64,000 nt of DNA from Chloroflexota bacterium. Its GTDB lineage: Bacteria; Chloroflexota; UBA11872; VXOZ01. Positions 39,891 to 49,416 of this stretch are shown in pieces. The position numbers and the translations under genes are program-made. The stretch's first letter is position 1; each line of letters begins with the position of its first letter. Below the pieces are notes generated by a model. It saw only the letters and a list, made by a program, of their open reading frames with translations, was not told the origin of the DNA and searched no databases. Location of the stretch: contig OZ219802.1 in NCBI GenBank assembly GCA_964291655.2, positions 2,368,001-2,432,000 of the forward strand. Reading direction: 5' to 3'.

Positions 39891-40022
39891 GGGGAGAGGG
39901 TTGGGGTGAGGGGGTCTTTTTGCTACGATGGCCCTTTACGCTGGGCAGTGTCAAGACGTATCAGGGCAGACTCGGTGTGCATATTGAGAGATTTCAGGAG
40001 AGCCACCCTCACCCTAGCCCTC

Positions 40023-41309
40023 TGTATAGACCTGACACATAGTTTACAGGTGTACGAGGACATACTTTACACATGAGTTGGTATTTCTACACGGGGCAGA
40101 GGTCCGCGCAGGTTCAGCTCTGCTATGTGGTGGGTCATGAACCACACACTCCACACGCCGTCACTGGTGGTTGGTCTCAGGCCGATGTGGCAACCCACAA
40201 ACGCCTTGCCGACGCGGAACTCTCGTCCCTGAAAGTTGACCCAACCTTCCGCCATCACCTTGCGCGTCTCGTCGCCGTCGCCATACGTGATCGGGGGGAG
40301 TTCCTCGGGGAAGGAGCGGCGGCTCGGCGCGTAGCGGCTCAGGGGCGTTGCCATGTGGAGGGCCTGGTGCGGTCGTTCCAGGTTGTAGACGTCCCGCCAG
40401 CGGTCCAGGGCCGCTTGGCAGGTCGCGAGGTCGGCGAACCGCCTGCCTTGCAGCGCCTCAGCCTGCAAGGTGCGGTGGAACCGCTCCTCTTTGCCCTGGG
40501 TCTGCGGATGGTAGGGGCGACCATGGCTCACCGACACGCCCAGCCGCAGCAGCCAGACGGTAAGCCTGGTGTACGGGTGCGCGGCATTGCTGCCCCACGG
40601 CGACCCGTTGTCCATCAGCATACGCGCCGGCAGTCCGTAGCGGCGAAAGGCACTCGTCAGACATGCCCGCACCGTGTCTGCCCGCTCGTCCCCACAGGCC
40701 CACAGACCCACGGCGAAGCGGGAGTGGTCGTCCAAGACGGTGAGCGGGTGGCAGCGCCCGGCGTCCACGGCGAAGTGACCCTTGTAGTCCATCTGCCACA
40801 GGTCGTTGGGATACGGGTGTTCAAAGCGCTGCCAGTCCCGGTGCGTTCGCTCCACCGGGTCGATGAGATCGTGCCGATGGAGGATGTTGGTGATGGCGCT
40901 GGGGCTGGGAACCACCGTGTGACCGGCGTTCAGCAGTGCGTGGTGGAGCTTGCGACCGCCCCACGCCGGGTGGCGCTTGCGCAGTTCTACCACGACCGCC
41001 TCCACCGCAGATGGCGTGCGCCGCGGCGAGTGGTGCGGCCGACGCGAGCGGGACGTGAAGGCCTCTTCCCCCTCTTCGGCGTAACGATGCAGCAAGGCAT
41101 AGCCAGTGGGCGGCGAGATCGCAAAGCGTCGACACAACGCGCGTATGTTCGCCCCCGGCGCTCGCGCCAAAGCGACGAATTCGCGCTTAGCATCCACAGC
41201 AGTACTCTCCTTCCAAGGCATGAGGCACCTCCTTCTTTACTCAGAAAGAGTGCCATACTGTGTAAAGTATGTCTGCGCACACCCGTTAAGTATCTCTCTG
41301 GTCTATACA
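40023..41309 (-). mobile_element. IS481-family insertion sequence B
   Basis: About 51-bp imperfect TIRs TGTATAGACC..ACATACTTTACACA; CCCTC duplicated at 40018-40022 and 41310-41314. Confidence 0.95.
40067..41221 (-). CDS. IS481-family DDE transposase (divergent paralogue of A)
   Basis: WQMDYKG, MDNGSPW, GKEERFHR. Confidence 0.95.
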   Translation of the reverse strand: MPWKESTAVDAKREFVALARAPGANIRALCRRFAISPPTGYALLHRYAEEGEEAFTSRSRRPHHSPRRTPSAVEAVVVELRKRHPAWGGRKLHHALLNAGHTVVPSPSAITNILHRHDLIDPVERTHRDWQRFEHPYPNDLWQMDYKGHFAVDAGRCHPLTVLDDHSRFAVGLWACGDERADTVRACLTSAFRRYGLPARMLMDNGSPWGSNAAHPYTRLTVWLLRLGVSVSHGRPYHPQTQGKEERFHRTLQAEALQGRRFADLATCQAALDRWRDVYNLERPHQALHMATPLSRYAPSRRSFPEELPPITYGDGDETRKVMAEGWVNFQGREFRVGKAFVGCHIGLRPTTSDGVWSVWFMTHHIAELNLRGPLPRVEIPTHV

Positions 41310-41570
41310 CCCTCTCCCGTCGAGGGAGAGGGAACTATTTCGCCACCGCTTGAGTTGCGCTAAGGTCTCCCTGGGGAGAGGGCTGGGGTGAGGGGAGATT
41401 CTTGTCTTGCCACGTTAGCGAGAACGTGTTGACATACAATATTAATCACTTGAGTGGTGCTCATTTGCCCCAAGTGTGCGCAGGTTGCAAACCTGCGCTA
41501 CCGGAAATCGCAGTAGAATAGAATGGTGTGCGAAGACTCTTAGTTTTCTTGCCATTGAAGGACTCACCGC

Positions 41571-43328
41571 TTGAACATCGACGTTGCCACACTCACCGCT
41601 CTGCGGCGGGAATTCACCGAGAAGATCGTTGGCGGGCGAATTCAGCGCGTGCTGCATCCGGATAATCTTGCCGTAGCCCTTGAGATATGCGCGTACGGTG
41701 AGACGTGGTGGCTCATCATCAATGCCGCGCCGCAGGCGCCGAGACTCTATCTCACCCACGAGCGGCCGGCGCGCATGGATGACAACGTCACCCCGCTGCT
41801 GCTCCTACTGCGCAAGTACGTGCGTAACGGACGCCTCATCGCCGTGGAACAGCCGCCGTGGGAGCGGGTCTTGCAGTTTACGGTGCACGCGCGGGTGGAT
41901 GAGGACATTGTAGAGACCACATTGATTGCCGAGATCATGGGGCGTACGAGCAACCTGGTGCTGGTGGATGCCGACGGTGTCGTTCTCGATAGCATGAAGC
42001 GCGTGGACGCCTCCATCAATCGCTACCGGCAGGTAAAGCCGAAGCTGCCCTACGTCCCGCCGCCGCCGCTCAGCCGTCCCGATCCGTTTTCCGCAGAAGC
42101 TTCGTTGCTGGAAGCCGCCGCTCAGGCCGAGCCGAAACAGCCTGCCTGGCGTGTGCTGATGGGGCAGACAAGCGGCTGCGGACCGCTCATTGCCCGCGAA
42201 GCGGTATTTCGCGCTGCAGGCGAGGCCGTGGCGCCGGCGGCAGACGTTGTGTGGCAGGATGTCTTGGATGCGGCACAGGGCATCTTCACACAGGTAGACA
42301 GCGGCGAATTTACGCCAAGTCTGGCGCGCAAAGAAGACGGCGCGCTCGCCGCCTATGCTCCCTACGCTCTTACTATGTTCCCGCAATGCGAGACGCTCGA
42401 CTTGATGAGTGGAGCAATTGAGCAGTTCTACCGGGAGCAGGGCAAAGCGCCGCAACGACAGACGCGCGACCTGGGTCAGAAGCCCCTGCAAACTGCCCTT
42501 AAGGAGCGCATGGACCAGCTCCAGCAGAGGCGCCGCGCCCTGGAACGTCAAGAAGCCGAGGCCACTGATGCCGAGGAGTGGCGGCGCAAAGGTGATTTAG
42601 TCTTGGCGTACGGCTACAGCGTCGCGCCGGGCAGCAGCGAGATCGAGGTGGACGACGAAACTATTCGCATCGACCCACAGGAATCAGTAGCCGCGAATGC
42701 CGACACGTACTTCGCTGCCTACAAGCGCAAGAAACGGGCGCAGGAAGAGGTGCCGGGGCTGCTGCGTCGGGTCAAGAATGAATACGCCTACTGCGAGCAG
42801 ATGGAAGCTCTGCTGGAAGCCGCGGAGACGCCAACCGACGTGCGCGCGGTGCGCGATGAGTTGCGCGAGCAGGGCATCATGGGCGGCGGCCAAGAACGAA
42901 AGACCAAGAAACTACAAAGCAAAAAGCGCGGGAAAGGCAAGCGCGGCAGGCAGGTGGACGCGGGTGCGCAGCCGGTCTCGTTCTGGCTCGACGGCGTGCA
43001 GGTGCTCGTGGGTCGCAGCGGCGCGCAGAACGATGCCGCCCTGCGTCTGGCCGACGCCAACGACCTGTGGCTGCACGCGCGCAACGTGCCGGGCGCACAT
43101 ACACTGCTGCGCTCCGGCGGCCGCGACGTGCCGGAAAACATCATCAACCAGGCCGCCCAAATCGCCGCCTACTACAGCAAGCTGCGCGAGTCCACGAGCG
43201 CTGAAGTGGACGTTACCCGCCGCCGCTATGTGCGCCGCATCCCTCGTTCTCCCCCCGGCCTCGTCACGTATCGCAACGAGTACACCATTCGCGTGAAGCC
43301 CGAGCCGATACCCCAGCCGGAACGGTAG
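41571..43328 (+). CDS. rqcH: Ribosome quality control NFACT protein (RqcH/FbpA)
   Basis: EIMGRTSN, VGRS..QND, WLHARNVPGAH, AAYYSK. Confidence 0.92.
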   Translation: MNIDVATLTALRREFTEKIVGGRIQRVLHPDNLAVALEICAYGETWWLIINAAPQAPRLYLTHERPARMDDNVTPLLLLLRKYVRNGRLIAVEQPPWERVLQFTVHARVDEDIVETTLIAEIMGRTSNLVLVDADGVVLDSMKRVDASINRYRQVKPKLPYVPPPPLSRPDPFSAEASLLEAAAQAEPKQPAWRVLMGQTSGCGPLIAREAVFRAAGEAVAPAADVVWQDVLDAAQGIFTQVDSGEFTPSLARKEDGALAAYAPYALTMFPQCETLDLMSGAIEQFYREQGKAPQRQTRDLGQKPLQTALKERMDQLQQRRRALERQEAEATDAEEWRRKGDLVLAYGYSVAPGSSEIEVDDETIRIDPQESVAANADTYFAAYKRKKRAQEEVPGLLRRVKNEYAYCEQMEALLEAAETPTDVRAVRDELREQGIMGGGQERKTKKLQSKKRGKGKRGRQVDAGAQPVSFWLDGVQVLVGRSGAQNDAALRLADANDLWLHARNVPGAHTLLRSGGRDVPENIINQAAQIAAYYSKLRESTSAEVDVTRRRYVRRIPRSPPGLVTYRNEYTIRVKPEPIPQPER

Positions 43329-43371
43329 GCAATTCAACCCAGCAATGTCCAGCGCAGCGGACGTATTGAAC

Positions 43372-43775
43372 GTCACTCCCGCGAAAGCGGGAGTCCATCG
43401 GCATCGCGAAGATGGATTCCCGCCTCTTCCGTTCGCCCTGAGCTTGTCGAAGGGCAAAGTGCTTGCGCGAAGAGTGCTTCGACAGGCTCAGCACGAACGG
43501 CACCCACCTATCCCGCTCACAATTCGACCGGGTCTTCGCGCAGCCAGCTGCGCAATGCCCTCAGCACGAACGATGCCATCTAACCCGTTCGCCCTGAGCT
43601 TGTCGAAGGGCAAAGTGGCTGCGCGAAGAGTGCTTCGACAGGCTCAGCACGAACGGTGCAAGTCTATCCCGTTCATGCTTCGACAGGGTCTTCGCGCAGC
43701 CGGTTTCGCACAGCCCTCAGCACGAACGATGCCATCTAACCCGTTCGCCCTGAGCTTGTCGAAGGGCAAAGTGCG
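43372..43775. repeat. REP array with a 156-bp period
   Basis: CCGTTCGCCCTGAGCTTGTCGAAGGGCAAAGTG at 43429, 43585 and 43741; preceded by a CCCGCGAAAGCGGG REP. Confidence 0.88.
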
Positions 43776-43801
43776 GAGGTGGAAAGACAAGCCATCGCCC
43801 G

Positions 43802-46081
43802 CTAACTAGTGCGCGGTGTCCAGTTCAAATGCCGGTCCAGAAACGGAAACGTCCCCGTGCCTTCAATCATGTGGCCGCCGTCGAAGTAGTAGATTTCGGC
43901 GCGGTCGGGAATTCTCAGGTCGGCGTAGCGGCGTTGCACTCTGGCGTATTCGTAGGCACACCATTCGTCGGAGGCCACGGCGTCGCGGTGGCCGCGCTCG
44001 ACCATGAAGGGGCGGGGCGCCATTAGGTAGGCCATCTCGGCGTAGTTGAAGGTCTGGCCCAGGTTGAACTCCTGCATCTCCCATTCGTGGTTGAACATGT
44101 AACCCGAAAAGTAGTCGGTACTGGCGCATTTGCGCGCCCACTCGTTGAAGTCGCCGGCGCAAATCGAAAGCGCATACTGGGTCAGCACCGTGGGAATGCG
44201 CATGGCCGCCTTGCCGCCGTAGGACAAGCCGTAGAAGCCAATGCGGTCGGGATCGACGAACGGCAGTGTGGAAAGCCAGCGGAGTTGCTGTTCGTGCTGC
44301 GCGATGGCAAAGGTGAACAGCGTCCAGCCCAACGGATTCGCCTTGCGCTGGAGCGTGCGGAATTCGTGGTAGCCGATGTAGGGATTCTGGGGAGCGTAGG
44401 TTATGTAACCGCGCTCGGCCAGCCGGGCGGCAAAGGCATGGTATGGGCCCTCTTCTTCCTTAATGACGTCTTCGGGACGTCCTTCCAATCCGTGCTGGCA
44501 GACAACCACCGGCCGCTGCTCTCCCGGCGCAATGCCCTTGGGCACCAGCAGGATGCCGTGGGTGAAGATGTCGGGGAGCACATCCAACGTTACTTCATAG
44601 CCATCCCAGGCGTCGCTCTCGCCGTAGGGGCGGCTGCGCGCGTTGAACGGCAGGCTGGGGTCGGGGCAGCGGCCGATAAGGTCTTCCCAGAAACGTTTTC
44701 TATACGTGGCGGCGGACTTTTCCCAGGCTTCCAGTGAGGAGGTATCCGCCTCCGACCAGAAGTCTTCACGGGTGCGCCACGCCACTTCCAAACGCTGCTG
44801 CACGTGGGTCACGATCTGATTGAATTGCCGCTGCATGCGGGCGGATGGGTCGAAATGGGTGCGGGCATCGCGGGGCGATGTCGCAGTTGTCGCGCCGCGT
44901 GGTTCCACACCCATGCCTTGCAGCAACGCCGTGAGCGCGGCATCCGAGCCCGGTCCGGAGTCCGTAGCAGAGGTTGCCGCGAGCACGAGACGGTCCGAGG
45001 CGTCGTGCGCGGCGAAAGCCGACTGCGCGCGGGCAACCTCTGCCTGAACTTCCGCGAGCGGCGCGGGTTCGATCTTGCCAGGAGCGCCAACGCGCCCGCG
45101 CACACGTTCAAGATCGGTAATGGGCGGCAAGCCGCTAATGGTAGGCGCGGCAGTTGCCTCAATAATCAAGGGACGCGGCGCGACCATGCTCGCGAGTTCG
45201 GCGTCACTGAAGCCGCGTAGCAGCCGCCAGACGTTGCGATATAGGGGCTCTTGCCACAATTGCGTGCGGTTGCGAAAGTGCCCGCTCACGCCGACTGCCG
45301 CGATCCGTTCATCCAGCGCCCCGCTATAGAGCGCCAGCAGGCCGCCCTCGCCATAGCCGAACACCGCCACCGGCACGTCTTCCGGCGCTTCCTGGGACGA
45401 GAAGTAGTCTACGAGCGCCAGGAGCTTTTGCACCTCATAGCCGATAACGTGCCGCCCCATCTCGCAGGCCATGCGGTAGATGTATTCGCGGTGGGGCTGG
45501 TCGGTCATGCGAATGGTCGGATTCCCCGACCACGTGTGCGCACGGTCGATGAGCAGCGGCACCACGACCTGACATCCCAATTCCACCATGCGCCGGGCGA
45601 ATTGCTGCTCCGGCGCCAAACCGGGCGCGAGCCCAGCCAGCATCTCCGGGGAACAATCGGCATCGGGCACCGCAATTACGTGGGCGATGGGTGGCTGCTT
45701 GGGCCGCAGGAGCAGGCCTTCGCCTTCCACACCGTCCAGCACCGGCCAGCGAATGGCGTGAATGTCGTATATCCGAGTAGCGGCGACACGGAAGGGGTCT
45801 GTGGTGGAGCAGACGAATTCCAGCGCCGAAACCGGCGTGCGGTCGTCAATGACGCCGATGATGCGTGCGAATTCCGCCCGCTTTTCTGCTGCGCTTTTTT
45901 TCAGTGTTTCGGCTGAAATCGCTTGCGATAGCAGCGCGGTCTCCGCTTCTCCGTCAGCGGCAGCGAGTTCACGGTCCAAGTAACGATGAATACCGGCAAT
46001 CATCTGTGCGGCGATGTCCCCCTCGAGGGAGAGGTCAGTTGTTCCCGGCAAGTGGGTTGACTCGTTATCAAGCTGGCTCAT
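43802..46081 (-). CDS. Tandem alpha/beta-hydrolase (dienelactone hydrolase-like) protein
   Basis: Two nucleophile-elbow regions (GYGEGG, GLSYGG), QHGLEG, FDGGH. Confidence 0.7.
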   Translation of the reverse strand: MSQLDNESTHLPGTTDLSLEGDIAAQMIAGIHRYLDRELAAADGEAETALLSQAISAETLKKSAAEKRAEFARIIGVIDDRTPVSALEFVCSTTDPFRVAATRIYDIHAIRWPVLDGVEGEGLLLRPKQPPIAHVIAVPDADCSPEMLAGLAPGLAPEQQFARRMVELGCQVVVPLLIDRAHTWSGNPTIRMTDQPHREYIYRMACEMGRHVIGYEVQKLLALVDYFSSQEAPEDVPVAVFGYGEGGLLALYSGALDERIAAVGVSGHFRNRTQLWQEPLYRNVWRLLRGFSDAELASMVAPRPLIIEATAAPTISGLPPITDLERVRGRVGAPGKIEPAPLAEVQAEVARAQSAFAAHDASDRLVLAATSATDSGPGSDAALTALLQGMGVEPRGATTATSPRDARTHFDPSARMQRQFNQIVTHVQQRLEVAWRTREDFWSEADTSSLEAWEKSAATYRKRFWEDLIGRCPDPSLPFNARSRPYGESDAWDGYEVTLDVLPDIFTHGILLVPKGIAPGEQRPVVVCQHGLEGRPEDVIKEEEGPYHAFAARLAERGYITYAPQNPYIGYHEFRTLQRKANPLGWTLFTFAIAQHEQQLRWLSTLPFVDPDRIGFYGLSYGGKAAMRIPTVLTQYALSICAGDFNEWARKCASTDYFSGYMFNHEWEMQEFNLGQTFNYAEMAYLMAPRPFMVERGHRDAVASDEWCAYEYARVQRRYADLRIPDRAEIYYFDGGHMIEGTGTFPFLDRHLNWTPRTS

Positions 46082-46264
46082 GATAATGGAAGTCCTTTAC
46101 TACCTCTACGCGTTCACCTGCACAGTAGCGCGGTAGTGGGCTTTGGCGCAACCGCGATGAAGTCTGGCAACGTCTTTTTCGGTGAACTCTGCGAGATATT
46201 GATGAGCGGACAGGAAATGGCTGAATAGGTGAAGACTTCCCCCTCACCCCGGCCCTCTCCCCCG

Positions 46265-46601
46265 GGAGACCTTTGCGTAAGTCTAGAGCAAGTGTGGCAG
46301 TCCCCTCTCCCTCTGGAGACCTTTGCATAACCCTTACTGAGGCGAGGATGTCCCCTCTCCCGGCGGGAGAGGGTTAGGGTGAGGGGGAATCTACTGAAAC
46401 CTCTCCAAATACATACCGATTCTGCATTGATATGTCATGACACTGCCCAACGCAAAGGGCAATGGCAGCAAAAAAAGGCCCCCTCACCCCAACCCTCTCC
46501 CCCAGGAGAGGGAGTGCCCCTGCCTGAAGGTGGGGTTATGCAATGGTCTCCAGAGGGAGAGGGGACTTTCCCGCCCCTGCAAGACTTTTTCAAGGGTCTC
46601 C
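46265..46601. mobile_element. Outer GGAGACC-family MITE
   Basis: GGAGACCTTTGCG ... TTCAAGGGTCTCC splitting a CCCTCTCCC/GGGAGAGGG hairpin. Confidence 0.65.
46315..46551. mobile_element. Inner GGAGACC-family MITE (237 bp), empty counterpart of 38571-41370
   Basis: GGAGACCTTTGCATAACCC ... GGGTTATGCAATGGTCTCC; two intact REP hairpins inside. Confidence 0.82.
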
Positions 46602-46787
46602 CCAGGGAGAGGGTGTTTCGGGCGCCGGCTCGATGAACCGAGTCTAAACTCGAAAAGGGCTTTGCACAGCACTTAGCGCAGCACTAAGCGCGAACGGGAC
46701 GTACAATTACCGTTCGCCCACCGAATCAAGCTCGGAGCAGGCTTTGCACTACGCCGGTCGGGAGGCAAGAAGGCTCCCTCTCCCCAG

Positions 46788-46927
46788 GAAGCTGTCTCAC
46801 AAATGCATCGCTCAGTGTAGACTTGCCCTTCGACAAGCTCAGGGCGAACGTAACTGGCAGGAATCCGTTCGTGCTGAGCTTGTCGAAGCACGATGTGGCT
46901 TTTCGTGTCGACTCATGAGACAGCCTC
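46788..46927. mobile_element. 140-bp MITE with GA(A/G)GCTGTCTCA ends in a REP loop
   Basis: GAAGCTGTCTCA ... TGAGACAGCCTC between CCCTCTCCC and GAGAGGGTTGGGGTGAGGGG; carries a CTTCGACAAGCTCAG REP pair. Confidence 0.7.
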
Positions 46928-47046
46928 CCGGTGAGAGGGTTGGGGTGAGGGGAGATTGCCATTTTCCGGACCACTTCCTTTTGCTTGGCACAGTATAATC
47001 TGATGCAGCGACTAGCAGAATTCAATGAGGGAAGTCCGGAACAGGC

Positions 47047-48267
47047 ATGAGCGGAGATTCTCCACTAGACATTGCCATCGTCGGCGGCGGCATCGTGGGT
47101 CTTTCAACGGCGTTCACGTTGGCCCAGCGTTACCGCGGCCTGGGCATCGCCGTCTTTGAAAAAGAAGCCGACATTGCCCAGCATCAGACCGGTCACAACA
47201 GCGGGGTCATCCACTCCGGCATTTACTACCGGCCGGGCTCGCTGCGCGCGCGCATGGCGGTGCAGGCATCCCAGCGCATGATGGACTTTTGCGCAGAGCA
47301 TGGCATTCCCTACGACCGCTGCGGCAAGGTGATCGTGGCCACCGCCGGGTCACAGGTTCCCGCCTTGGAAGAATTGCTGCGCCGCGGCGAAGCCAACGGC
47401 GTGCCGGGAGTGCGCATGATCGGGCCTGAGGAACTGAAGGCACTTGAGCCCTACGCCACAGGCATCCGCGCGCTTCACGTGCCGAGCGCCGGCATCGTAA
47501 ACTACAGCCTTGTCGCAGGGATGTACCGAAAACTCCTGGAAAGGGCCGGCGGTCAGGTGCGAACGGGCGCGGAGGTGTCCGCCATTGTCACAGAGCCAAA
47601 TGCGCTGCGGCTGGAGACGACCCTGGGTGACGTGCGAAGCAAACACGTGATCACGTGCGGCGGGCTGTATGCGGACCGCGTCAGCATAGCTGCCGGCTTG
47701 AATCCGCAGGTAAGAGTCGCGGCCTTTCGTGGCGAGTACTCCGAACTCGTGCCTGAGAAGCGGTACCTCGTGCGCAATCTCATCTATCCCGTATCCAATC
47801 CCGCTTTCCCGTTTCTCGGCGTCCACTTCACGCGGCGCATCAGTGGGGCAATCGAGGTGGGGCCGAACGCCGTGCTCGCCTTCAAGCGGCAGGGATATCG
47901 GTGGCGTGACGTGAGCGTCGGCGATACGCTGGAGATCTTGGGCTATGTGGGTTTCTGGCGCATGGCGGCGCGGTACTGGCGCACCGGACTGGGTGAAATG
48001 TACCGCTCATTGTATAAACAGGCCATGGTGAAAGAGTTGCAGAAGCTCGTGCCGGACGTCACCGGCAGGGACCTAAAGCGAGCGGGGGCGGGCGTGCGGG
48101 CCCAAGCGCTGGACCGGCAGGGGAACCTGGTGGATGACTTCCACATCGTGCAGGAATCACGCATGATCCACGTGCTCAATGCGCCTTCGCCTGCGGCGAC
48201 TGCCTCGCTGAGTATTGGTTCAGCCGTAGCGGACATGGCGGGTCAGTGGCTTGACCCTAAATCATGA
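47047..48267 (+). CDS. lhgO: L-2-hydroxyglutarate oxidase
   Basis: GGGIVG, HQTGHNSGVIHSGIYY, FPFLGVHFT, NAPSPAAT. Confidence 0.93.
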   Translation: MSGDSPLDIAIVGGGIVGLSTAFTLAQRYRGLGIAVFEKEADIAQHQTGHNSGVIHSGIYYRPGSLRARMAVQASQRMMDFCAEHGIPYDRCGKVIVATAGSQVPALEELLRRGEANGVPGVRMIGPEELKALEPYATGIRALHVPSAGIVNYSLVAGMYRKLLERAGGQVRTGAEVSAIVTEPNALRLETTLGDVRSKHVITCGGLYADRVSIAAGLNPQVRVAAFRGEYSELVPEKRYLVRNLIYPVSNPAFPFLGVHFTRRISGAIEVGPNAVLAFKRQGYRWRDVSVGDTLEILGYVGFWRMAARYWRTGLGEMYRSLYKQAMVKELQKLVPDVTGRDLKRAGAGVRAQALDRQGNLVDDFHIVQESRMIHVLNAPSPAATASLSIGSAVADMAGQWLDPKS

Positions 48268-48392
48268 GCAGCCCACACGGAGTGAAGCTTAAGCTTGCAT
48301 TGGCGGCGCATGTAGATGTTATCTAGCGTCCGCGCAGACTGAATTCACGTGGCGAGCGAGCGTCGCTGCGGAGTGAAAGACAAAGAAAACGA

Positions 48393-48485
48393 ACACGCAC
48401 AACGTATAGGTGCGTTGCCGCGCACGCGCCCGAAACGGTATACTAGTTTAGATAACCAATGAGCCGGCACGAGGAATGTGCGTGT
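48393..48485 (+). ncRNA. Probable rpsB leader RNA (S2 autoregulatory, t44-like)
   Basis: ACACGCACA ... TGTGCGTGT closing stem in the 5' UTR of rpsB. Confidence 0.55.
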
Positions 48486-48562
48486 CAGGCTTTAGAAGGA
48501 AGTAACGTAGCGGTTAGTTTGACCGCTACAAGGTGCAGGAGTGCAGAAGGGGTCGCGAACGA

Positions 48563-49363
48563 ATGGCCGTAGCGAGTCTTAGGGATCTGTTTGACGCCGG
48601 CGTGCACTTTGGGCATCCCACCAATCGGTGGAATCCCAAGATGAAGCCGTACATCTACATGGCGCGAAGCAAGATCCACATCATCGATCTTGAAAAGAGC
48701 GCCAGCGGGCTGCAGGAAGCCTGCGATTTTGCCAGCGAACTGGCGTTGCATAACCGCGAAGTCTTGTTTGTCGGCACAAAGAAGCAGGCACAGGACATAG
48801 TGGAACAAGAGGCCTCCCGTGTCGGGATGCCGTTTGTGAATCAGCGCTGGCTTGGCGGCATGCTGACGAATTATTCCACGATCAGCCGGCGCTTAGCGAG
48901 AATGAAAGAAATGGAAGCCGAGCAGGCGAACAACGCCTGGCAGAGTTTCTCTAAGAAAGAGGTTGGCCGCCTCCAGGACCGCCTGGCAAAGCTCCAGCGT
49001 TTCTTCAACGGTATTCGCGACATGCACCGCTTACCTTCTGCTCTCTACGTGGTAGACACTGTGCGCGAGCACATTGCCGTCGCAGAGGCGCAGAAGCTTG
49101 GCATTCCCGTCATTGCGTTGCTCGACACCAATTGTGACCCCGATCAGGTGGACTTTTCGATTCCGGGCAATGACGATGCCATCAAGTCGATTCGTCTCAT
49201 TACGCATCTCATAGCAGACGCAATCAACCGGGGGCAAGAGCTGCGCGCGGCCCAATCGTCGGAGGCAGAAGCGGAGAAGGCCATGGAGGCAGTAGCTGCC
49301 GATCCTACGGCAGAAGAGGATATTGAATCCGGAGAAGTGGCTGCCGAAGAGGATGCGGGCTAA
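48563..49363 (+). CDS. rpsB: 30S ribosomal protein S2
   Basis: AGVHFGH, WNPKM, RWLGGMLTN, PGNDDA. Confidence 0.98.
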   Translation: MAVASLRDLFDAGVHFGHPTNRWNPKMKPYIYMARSKIHIIDLEKSASGLQEACDFASELALHNREVLFVGTKKQAQDIVEQEASRVGMPFVNQRWLGGMLTNYSTISRRLARMKEMEAEQANNAWQSFSKKEVGRLQDRLAKLQRFFNGIRDMHRLPSALYVVDTVREHIAVAEAQKLGIPVIALLDTNCDPDQVDFSIPGNDDAIKSIRLITHLIADAINRGQELRAAQSSEAEAEKAMEAVAADPTAEEDIESGEVAAEEDAG

Positions 49364-49416
49364 GCTGCCGTCTTGTGGAATGACGCTACTACGCAGAGGG
49401 AGTTAGATTTCAAGAA

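Larger units (their letters stand above)
38571..41370. mobile_element. GGAGACC-family carrier MITE (238 bp when empty) expanded by two IS481 insertions
   Basis: GGAGACCTCTGCATAAC ... GTTGCGCTAAGGTCTCC; CTG duplicated at 38568-38570 and 41371-41373; collinear with the reverse complement of 46315-46551. Confidence 0.82.

Noticed and set aside
38626-41309. Classical composite transposon made of two IS481 copies
   Set aside because: The two elements differ, each has its own target duplication, and the DNA between them is carrier-MITE interior, not a passenger gene.
43345-43809. 154-aa ORF with repeated PFALSLSKG
   Set aside because: It is a translation of the REP array; the same peptide appears wherever this REP occurs.
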